Shown here in pieces: positions 29,117 to 39,012 of a stretch of DNA of 39,012 nucleotides. A model generated the notes under the pieces. It ran no database searches. It worked only from the letters and a program-made list of their open reading frames with translations, and was not told the DNA's origin. The translations under genes and the position numbers were made by a program. Origin of the DNA: Catajapyx aquilonaris (lineage: Eukaryota); NCBI GenBank assembly GCA_000934665.2, contig KZ539098.1:1-39012 (forward strand), read 5' to 3'. The first letter of the stretch is position 1. Every line of letters begins with the position of its first letter.

Positions 29117-32079
29117 CTCAGGGTTTTTTTTCTTCTCTCTTAACACCAGGACACACATCCGCTCCTTGTGTCAACAAGTGTCGAGGTGGTGATAATTACT
29201 AGCTAAACACATGCTCAGCACTGATACAGCTGAGGTGATCACGTTTTCTTTTTTTAAAATAGTTTACAAATATACGATCAGTTGGGGAAGCGACGATTAG
29301 TCCTGGTTGAAACAGGTTCCTGTAAACAAATGGATCAAGTTACAGAAGCGCAAAACATATGTACAGTATTTCGTATTGCGAATATCTGCAGTTACAATAC
29401 GTCTAACTGTATGACTTCCCAACACAGCAAAACAGCCTGTGGGCTACTCCAATTACTGCGAATTTACATGTAGCCCTCATTGACATGCAAGTCTCGGCTG
29501 GAGTAATTAGTCTTAATTAGTACGCAAAAAAGTATGAGGTGTCCAACCTGATAGTCCTCATATAGGTGCGAGGCACGACGCGACCCTCTCAAGAGGTCAC
29601 CGGACGGAGAGTGCGACATTTCCAGATCACCTGGCCTAGAAAATTAAAACCACCAGTTGCAATATTGACATTAATGCACACGTGCACTCACCGGAAACGG
29701 ACCGGAAATGAACCAATCTCGATTTTGGACACATCCAAACAGCACGTACCTTGTAGATATTTTATGAAAGCAGGTCTCTGACCCCCTCCCTCGTTTGCGA
29801 TGGACCTGTCGTAAATTGACAAGCAGGTATACTACAGTACGGCGCGATCGGTACCGTATCCCTGCTGCGACCCTTTCTCTTTTATTTTTAACCCCGTGAC
29901 CGTTTCAGGGCGGAGTAAAGAGGGCTAAGGAAGGAGCTCAGAGGACAAAAGGCCCAGACCTCGAAAAATATCCGCTTTCCCTCTAATACCAACGGACAAA
30001 GACCTAACCTAACGGACCTTTCTAGGGACAGACCTTGAAGGGAGAGGGGGGAGGGTCAAAAATGCCCAAAAATATGGAGAAAAGGAAACCGTTAGGAAAA
30101 TTCGAGTGACATCACCGGATAGATTCGTGTCATCCTGAAATGCACGCTAACCGGTGAGCACTCGAGCTGAGAAGGTTGCAGATATGTGTAGGATACGTGC
30201 AAGGTCATTCCCTCGTGCCGAAAATTAGTTGGCAAAAATAGTTTGCGTCCCACTTGGACTGGGTTCTCGAGCTGGCCTTTATGGCGAATTAATAGCTTAA
30301 CCACAAACAGCACTAGTAAGCGGAGTACGTGCTGTTGCGGGCAATGTATGACAACGAATTGCTCTGTAGGGAGCTGTCACGTGATCAATATGTGGAAACG
30401 TGCACAGTAGCCTACGTTCGTGATCGTTCAAAGTACTGTTGAATTTGAAGGACCTTATCACCATTTCAAGACATATTTCAGGTAGCAAAAAAAATAATGT
30501 AGGCAATCTCTATAATATAAATCAGAAAGTTGGTCTGTAATGTTCGGGCTACCAAACCCACTTCCGGACTATTCGCGCACCGATGTCATATAAACTTATT
30601 TCATTTACCAATCTCCATGATAAGAATGGGTGTCCTGCTAGTGGTAAATAATATTCAATATTGACTCTAACCGAATTCGATCCAATTAATTTCATTACAG
30701 GGCACTGAAGACTGTCAACAATGTTCATGTGAAGTTCAGCCTGTCAAACCCTTTCTTATCTCAGTCCTTTGTAGGCTGATTACACACAATGCCCGGAGGA
30801 ATTTTACTGCCTCCATTGTATGCACCAATTACCTATTATGCTGTACACGTTGCTTGACAGAATTATGCAACCCGTGTTGCTAAATTGAGATACTAAGGAA
30901 GCGTCTAGTTATAACTTACAGAGGGACTGGTTCAATTTTAATTTTATGACGTGTCAATAAATACTGTTAATCAGCACTTTCTATATTGTTCTACTGTTTG
31001 TGATCACATGCGACTAAAATCAGTAACGTTCGGCAAAATTTATTTCCACATCAAAAATTAGACGACCTTTCAGACTTCCGCCTCTATACACACGATTCAC
31101 TCTTCGAAAACAAAATGCACACATATTTCATTCAACGTCTGTATACCCAGAGAGCATCACTGACAGAGCTTGTCATTTCTGGGCGCAAACTGTTTACTTG
31201 CAGTTGCAAGTTCGGTGAAATCCGTCCCATTATTGCTGTCAGTATGTGTTCGGCCAGCAAAAAAAACACACGAAAATCCCGTGACACAGGCAGTTCAAAG
31301 CTTCGATCCGTTTGGCTTGTGCTCCAACCAAGGGTTTTCCCCCTGCCTCATCCCCCAAGATTATTTGCTTCAATGCTCCATTTCCTGTGATTAATTGATT
31401 TTTTTTTCTCTTCTTCTTCTTCCGCGGCTACTGCTGCTTCTGAGAGGAAAAATTGCACGGTCGCATCCATTATTTACCTCCACCGCCCCCCTCTAATTAC
31501 CACAAAAATGATGCAAAAAAAAGGCTCCACACAGGGCACGTGTCGAACCTTGCAATCAATACACGAGAGATGTGCCCTTGAACCCAAAAAGTCCAGCGCC
31601 CATCACCTGGACAAAAACCGAGCGCTGTTGTTGAAACTAGCCACCACGTTTGTTTGCTCGCAACAAAAAAAAAGAAGGAATGGACAGTCTTAATAAGGCA
31701 GAGAACCTAAAGAAGAAAACAACATGTTGCACTGTAGGTGAGTGCATGGTTTGGCAACGTGTGCCGGAAACAGATGGCCAGTAGAGCAAGGCCTTCCCTC
31801 CTCCTTTTCGTGTTCTTTTTTTGTAATTAATCTCACCTTGTCCTGTGTGGACTGGACTCCGGCTGGTATACAACAGGAATGGGTCATTTTGTGCCCGTTT
31901 CAGATGAATGCATTCAAAAACCAGCCACTTTCACAAAAACCAAGCTATATCCATACTTGTAAACTGGCCATTCCTGTGGTCTCGACCATATGGCGCACTT
32001 GTAAGTCCTTTATTGTCCAGCTTTAAACGACATCTTTGAAATCGGCCAGCAATTTTACATAGCAGGATTCATTAACAAT

Positions 32080-32186
32080 GGGTGGAATTTTCGTCCCACA
32101 GCCAGTTACTGCTAATCTAGTAGTACCCATCCCCAACATTGGTGCTGCTTATAGCAGTAACTAGTAGTGTGATGAAAACTTCACCC
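32080..32186. mobile_element. Short MITE-like element, copy B
   Basis: ~35-nt imperfect TIRs gggtggaattttcgtcccacagccagttactgcta / tagcagtaactagtagtgtgatgaaaacttcaccc, flanked by aat on both sides (possible 3-bp TSD). Confidence 0.65.
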
Positions 32187-33155
32187 AATGCCTTTCTAAT
32201 GAGAGAGAAGTTATTCAACTTTAAAATGGTCCGTTGAAAATAATTTGCAATTGCGATCCTGCTGACTGTTGTCATTGTCTTTGAATACATAGTTCTACAC
32301 GAGGAAACTTTGCTAAAAATTCAGGCAACTCGCTATCAATTCGCTTTGTAACTCGTACCTCAAATCCTATTACTTTTCAGGTCACATTTAATTAGAGTTT
32401 TTGTGCCACCTGTATAATTAGTGCCGTATTTAATTCAGCTACAATGTTAGCGCATGTCCTTGAAATTATAATAATGTGAAACGCCTATTTCGCGTGAAAT
32501 TTCCATGAATCATAACTGCAAGACTAGTTCTACGAATTCCCGATGATTCATTGGAAATGCTGTTACAACCACGTGCGCTCGAGTTTGAATGTTGGCAATG
32601 CCGGGCCTCTCATTGATTTTAAAATATATAATTGTATATAATTTGTAACGCGCATAAATGGAACTAATAACCGGGGATAATAATTAGCATCGGAGCTGGA
32701 CTCACTCTTGTGTTTGGCAGGGTTCCCTTCCCCCTTTCGCAATCTGACATCGATTGAGGGGCGTCCCTGAATGTATACGCACATGATGTGGGGGGGGGGG
32801 TCAAGTTCGAAACTCCATTGTTGTTGTGCCTTTCCAACAATCCGGACACGCGCACTTCTCTCCACCGGAACAATGCTCCTGACGAACCTTCCAGAAATCC
32901 GATCGTGTCAGTCAGCAAAATTCAGGTCATGTGTCGAACCGGTGCGGTGCGGCGTAGAAAGCCGGACATGGATCCGCGGGAGGAAACGACGCCGAAACGC
33001 ACTCTGGCAACACTGCGAACAATCCCCAAATTTGGCGGGAAAGCGCGTTTTTTTGAAAAATTGCGCGAAATCGCACTTGTGGCGCACGCTGCACTGGTCC
33101 AATGCTGCCAACAGTGGATTTGAAACACTGTGAGATTCCACTGACCGCACTTCAC

Positions 33156-33325
33156 GTGTACACGTGACGACGTCTGTACAATTACTAAGCCCCCCCCTTC
33201 TCCTTCTCTATGGCTGGCACGTACACACACTCACCCCCCCNGTGTACACGTGACGACGTCTGTACAATTACTAAGTCCCCCCTTCTCCTTCTCTATGGCT
33301 GGCACGTACACACACTCACCCCCCC
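33156..33325. repeat. ~85-nt direct duplication separated by a single N (probable assembly artefact)
   Basis: 33156-33240 and 33242-33325 are almost identical and flank the n at 33241. Confidence 0.8.
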
Positions 33326-36300
33326 TCCCGTCCAATCCAAACCCTCTTTAAGCAGCGATGCCAAGTTTCCGATTGGACCCGGCTGCGTCACTGCCTGCCA
33401 TGTGCATTGTTTTCGTCGGATTCACTTCGACTAACCTGGAGGGGGTATGGAGGGGTAGAGGGAGGGAAATAATTTGTAACCAACCCCCCCCCCCTCCCTC
33501 CAACCCAGCCATAAACCCCCTCAGCCAAATGGGAAGCGACACATTCAAGTGTCAGCAAGTACTCAATTAGCAGTTGCGATAATGCAAACAGCTTATATAC
33601 TTTTCAAATGCACCGTAACTGCGTAGGTACGCGCGATAGCTCAACTAAACAATAAGCTCAAAAGCACACGAATTGTCTCCAAATAATTGCCCTTGTATAA
33701 ACAGAAAATTACTGTAATAAAAAAATACTTCCTTGCATTGCATGCATTGTATAAGTGTTTTTTTAAAAGAAACGAATTTTCATGTAACTTATACCTAAAC
33801 GTACGCACGTAGAAAAAATTTAAGAAACGAACGTCATAATTATTAATAAATTGGCAGGTGATTTTAGGGGATCAGGTTATTAGACGTCAGACCAGGTGTA
33901 TTACCATAATATTTCAATAATAAACACAGCGAATGAAACAATGGCAAATATTAAATTACATCGTACGTTTCAGATGCACAATCTTTCATAATTCCGCGAT
34001 AAATATTATAGGCTCCAGCCATTTTTTTGCTCGCCATTGCATGGATCGAATTCTATTTCCTGGTCTAAGCCTCACATATTCTAGCTTCTCGAATTTAACT
34101 TTAAAATAATAAAAATTTCAAAATAATAAAATTACCTTATCATGGTGATCACGTTAAATTACAAAAGTGTTAAAAAATATTCTTACATGTTTTTTTGGGC
34201 CCCTTGAACTTAGCAAGTGCTGTGTGATCTGACCCAAGCTGTGTGTGGTCGGTTGTAAAACATGACCGATGTAATGACTCACGTTAAACCCCGTCATGAG
34301 CCCGCAATTTTTACTGTACCTTCGCTCTATTTTTGAAGCCTGACTCATCTAATTGATTATCTGCGTTTTTTTTGGTCACGCGTCGCTACATGCACCGTTA
34401 TTTTAATAAAATTTGACTGTATGATATAAATGTAATACCGTTCCTACCGTTACACTCTTGACACTGTGCATGCGATTCATTTAACAGGTGGTATAGATGC
34501 CAGACATCATTAACTCCGTGCAAGTAATTTTTCCAGCACCTTGTACTGGATTTGATGTGAATTACATCTGTTTAGGATGGATTAAAGTGCATTAGAACTG
34601 GTAACATGCAAAAAATGGTTAAAACGACTGTATATAGCGTACGTTTAATTTATAGCGATTTATATTAGGAAGTAGCCAAAGATAAAGCGATTTCAGTAAC
34701 CAAGTTCCATTTCTATGCTTGTAAATGCACTTACTTTCACCTCGAATGATGTGGCATTGCAACAATTGTGCACAAGTACTCTACAAAGGGAAATTGTTTG
34801 CTGCAACTAAATATGTGGCGCCAATAATAGTTTTTGTCGTCTAAATAATGCATTGTTGGCGCAACCAAACCACTTTCACTCTAGTGTAATGAGAACTTTC
34901 TAGCAAACAAAATTTTCACAGTCCGCCAGATTTTTGTGCACGTGTCTACTTTTTATAGACTATAGCATTTTGAGCCAATTTTTGGAGGTTGGGCCAGGAA
35001 AGCGAATGGCGGGCTTGAAAGTTGAAAGCTCTTTGTTCCGTCCTCCGATCAGAAGCTTCTGGTAGCACCGGTGGCCAGATGGTCCCTCCCGCCACCCAAA
35101 AAAATCCTCATTGTTCAAGCCCACCCCATAAAATTACGCTAACTGAACTTACATCTAGAGCTAACCAGTAACTCACCTTTGACGCTTTGCTTGCATGGTT
35201 GTACAGAGAGAGGACCGTTGAGGCGTCCGTCTCTCTTCCTTGGCCCAAGCCCGCCAAAAGTCGGCTTTGAAAGCTGGTCAAGAGACAAATGGGGTGGGGG
35301 GTAGGCCTTCTCTTCCACCCAAAAGCTTCCCCCCCCCCTCCTCCTCCTCCTCCCAAACCCAACCCAAACCCACCCCAACCGTACCCTTCAAACCGACCCA
35401 GCCAGCGACCAACCCTCCTCTTTTCTCTTTCTCTTCTCCCCCTAGCCCCTCACCCCCTCCTATACCCTCCCAGGAACCCAACCATTGCCGTCGGCCAGCT
35501 GCTGGTCCTTTTGGATTTCGGGGGTGTCCGAAATTTCGGCCAACCCCAAAAAGCAACGCTCAGAAACTTCCCTGGTGGCAACATTGCATTACAAGAATAT
35601 TATAAGTCATACGCAGGTGGTGTACATTTGCAATGTACTGAGGCAACAGGTGCTGGAAGTAATTACTTATGGAGTGCAGTCCTCTTGCTCATTGAACCAA
35701 TCACGAAGAGGGATTGCAGTAATTGCCAAACTTCAGCTGCATTCGATCGTTTGTATATAGTTGAGAACCTCTTACTTGAGCAGGGTTGCCACAGTTGAGT
35801 CTCCGCTACTATGGGGCCTTCGACTATAGAAAAAGTAACGGGACAGGCCGCACCTTTTTGGGCTCCCAGAAAATGTCACTTTCCAACCCACAGAAAAGGT
35901 GCGTCGGGGTATTTCCAAAAATCTGGAAGGGTCCAAGTGGCCTTGCCAAACAGCTCTTGGGAAGTTTGAAGAAAATGGGAGGGCGGAACCAACAAGCTTC
36001 CCAAGAAAAGGCGGCTATAAAACCGCTTTATTTGTCCAAAAACACGACCTCGGCCTGTTTCTATGAACCCTTCCAATCAGGGGGCAAAAATTTGTATGCT
36101 CTGGTTGATGGAACATTGCGGGAGACTCACTTGAATAAACAACTTCAGCTGAATGTCTATTGCCGAATAATTATGCCAACAAAAAAATCCAACATAATTT
36201 ATCCACAAACCGACCATAGTAACATGATGTGAAATGTCAAGGTTTCATCATCTCTACTCTGTGTTCGATTTTGGGCAAAAAAAATTATTGCTAACCCGTT

Positions 36301-38639
36301 CATTAAAATCTTGGATTGTCCCGTGGCTCAGCCAAAATCGCAATTACCAGTCATCACTTGCGCCATATCTTAGTCATAGGTCGATATAATTGACGCAAGA
36401 CCATGCCCTACTACAATGTTCCCTATTGCTCACACGGTATGATCATTGGGGACTCCACGGGCATAATTAACACGCAAAATAATAATTGACGTAATTAGTT
36501 CAATGGGCCAGACTGGCAAGGCCATATCCGAAAATTTTGGACCGTTAATTTAGGTCTGGTGGGCATAATATTATAACCGCATTCTCTTTTCTTTTTTTTT
36601 CGGTTACGTCTACCCCTCCTGGTCCTGTGGGTTCTGCTGGTGGTAGCCCTCCTTTATTAGCATCTTTTTACCAGGGATTCTTGTTCTCACGCATGATGAC
36701 AACGGGCCTTCGGATGAGGGGGCCTCTCTGGTTTTTCATTTCCGGTTTTATCCGGGAAATGCGGACAAACAATGTTCCCATGACGATCCGGGAGCAACTA
36801 CAGGGATTTTATATAGACGTGGCGCAATTTCGCTCAGTTGCTATATCAGTGCACACCAATTATTTGCATAACCCGCAACTGGTGACGTCTCGTCTTTCTC
36901 ATCAAGGGAACATCGACCGGGAATGATTTCTGCATGTGCTTGTTCGGTGGTGTATTTGCTTTGGAAAAATTTGGATGGTGGCAAAATTCACATGTCACTT
37001 GTTGCTGAGGGAAACAACCTTCACCTGCCAGACCCACTCGAAAAACAGAAAGGGGCAAAAAGCAAGATGCCAATTAAAACATGCCTATATCCATCCGGAC
37101 GACTTCATTTTTTGTGTGTATTTGTGCCCTGATTGGATATGAAGAAAAATTCTGTTGACACCACCTTTATTCTTTCTCTGTTGCCCTTACATATTAATTG
37201 CTGCACCGAGCCTCTGGTTACATGAACCTATATAAATTTTTCCATTACTTTGCACTCGTTCGATTCTGATTATGTGAGTGCATAGGAATTATCTGTCCAG
37301 ACGCAGCAATGCAGCATGACGACAACTGTCTTCGCCGAATACTTCACAAAGTACACCCGAAGGTGCATAAGATGTGACGTTAGAACCTTTGCATGTGACC
37401 AATCTTGTTTGTTCCGCGGACCCACTTTTCGGGGGTGGTGCATCAAGTACAGGGTCTGCTCCCATTGTTGGCCAGTTTGAAAGAAGAGGGAACTGGGAAG
37501 AGGGCAAAGAAGAGGGTAGGCTTCCTCTACCTTCCCTCAGGGCATGTTGGGTATAGAAGAGAAAAAAAAGCGGTGCCCTCGCTTTATTTTTCCAGAAAAA
37601 AAGGAGGGGGTGGGGATGGGGGGGGCAGCAAACCAAAAAATTCGACAAGACCCCTGGAGGGGGCTTGAAAACTCTCTAGTTCAGACCAGCACACCTCTCT
37701 CTCTCCCACACATATGGCTCCAAATCACGAACCGAGCATCTGCCCAATAAGATATGCCGTGTATCGGAAGGCGTTGACCATCGCAGAAAAAAAGGGAGAG
37801 AGAAAGAGGCGACAGCTGTGCCCCAAATTGCGTAACGGCAGCTGCCACACACACACTCGCTGGGCATACCTGTCCCACTTATTTTAATTTTATTATTATT
37901 ACCCGTGGAGCACATTTGATCTGGATCTGAAGTATAATTTTAGGAGAACAATTTTGGCGGTACGTCGCCATGTGTGCTTACTCCTTAGCACTGTCCCTTG
38001 TTTGTTTATGTGTTGGACTGTTGCCTGAAAGTGGAGGATGCGGCACATACACGTGTGTGTCAACCACAGGCATGCACCAAAATGTGCGGGAGGTTTCGAC
38101 ACACCGTACATGCGGCAATGCCTCTTTCGGTCTCAGCCACGGGACACTTGCCAATTTGCAAAACACTGCCCGCTCTGTGCCTCCATAGGGAAAAAGAAAA
38201 TAAATCACAACGAGCAAAAATGGAAGTCGAAGGGAATTTCTGAAAAATAAAACACTCATAAATGTTACACGCGTACTTCAACTCTTTACAACCAGTGAGC
38301 GCTTTGAAGGGCAATTAAAACGAGTACTCCTAAAGCTATTGCTTGGGATAAAGAAGCGGCTGTGTGAACATGTAATGAGTCTGTATGTGAATCAAACGAA
38401 AGGCGCGTGTAACCTTACACCTTGACCTTTCGTGGGGTTATCGATACGACAATATATCAACACGGCCATTAAATGCCAAATAACCTTGCCACAATCACCA
38501 TATTATCATCTGTCAAGTAACTGTAAGCCTATTATATAGATATGCCTTAATTAATAGGAAAACGTGATCGGAATCATGATTATGAAGACATATTGTGATT
38601 ATCGATATACCGGTTTACATGTGCAGTACTTTTCGTATG

Positions 38640-38974
38640 TCCGCCAATCAGGGAGCGGATTCAAATAAGAAGACCAATCAACGACGGAAGCGCATGCGTA
38701 CTAGTTACACACTGGAATGTGTGAACAATCTCGAAGCGATTACACCTTCCAAGCACCGTGTTCCACACTGCGCATGTGCCAGATTGCGCTATTGGCCGTC
38801 CTTTCTCCATCTCGGCATCTGATTGGCTAGTTTACGACCGGCGTCATCAGTTTCCATTACCGGCCGCCAGTGTCGCGTTTACCGTCGAATCACGCCGTTT
38901 TCGGTTTTTCTTCATTTTTTTTTTCATTCTTCTTTTTTTCTCCCTATTCCGTGTTCGAAAGCAAAGATGGCGGC
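38640..38974 (+). promoter_or_regulatory. TATA-less housekeeping-type promoter
   Basis: CCAAT boxes at 38644 and 38674 (reverse orientation at 38791 and 38822); NRF1/Ewg-like GCGCATGCG at 38690 and TGCGCATGTGC at 38769; YY1-type AAGATGGCGGC at 38964 overlapping the ATG. Confidence 0.65.
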
Positions 38975-39012
38975 CGTAGTGGAGGAAGTCGGTTCCAAAC
39001 TGGAGGCCGCGG
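38967..39012 (+). CDS. 5' end of a gene running off the window (MAAVVEEVGSKLEAA...)
   Basis: ATG in AAGATGGCGG context after a promoter-like region and a pyrimidine-rich leader; frame open to the window end; too short to identify. Confidence 0.55.
   Translation, partial: MAAVVEEVGSKLEAA

Noticed and set aside
33156..33325. 85-nt tandem duplication as a biological repeat
   Set aside because: The copies abut a single N next to a C homopolymer, typical of unmerged contig overlap.
30833..34740. Seed-only matches to miR-1993 (~30833), miR-216/304 (~31828) and miR-277 (~34722)
   Set aside because: Similarity stops after 8-11 nt and no convincing hairpin could be paired by eye.
35240..35798. Proline-rich ORFs (PPPPPPPKPNPNPP)
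   Set aside because: They arise from C-rich low-complexity DNA, with no signal peptide, splice support or codon bias.
38967..39012. Naming the terminal gene (its N-terminus is vaguely like MetAP2 starts)
   Set aside because: 15 codons are not enough to support a gene symbol.

Overview
Eukaryotic, intron-rich DNA, most likely from an arthropod, judged from the gustatory-receptor gene architecture. Exons were assembled by hand from splice signals and reading-frame continuity. The left 28 kb is a compact cluster of duplicated, lineage-specific families. It holds four intact gustatory-receptor-like (7tm_7, TYhhhhhQF) genes plus one frameshifted, internally deleted GR pseudogene, and two 8-exon pepsin/cathepsin D-like aspartic protease genes that lack the lysosomal polyproline loop. 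It also holds two tandem secreted coiled-coil + fibrinogen-domain (FREP) genes that have both lost the P-domain cysteine pair. Two small secreted low-complexity protein genes (one Asp/Pro-rich, one Gly-rich) share an identical 5' design: a 16-codon signal exon, an 'AAPR' micro-exon and a TGACCTCA-GATGGCC-TATA promoter. The right ~11 kb has no credible ORFs but carries a clear miR-29-family hairpin on the minus strand, a MITE-like element and, at the very end, a housekeeping-type promoter with the start of another gene. No database searches were possible; family calls rest on recognised motifs.
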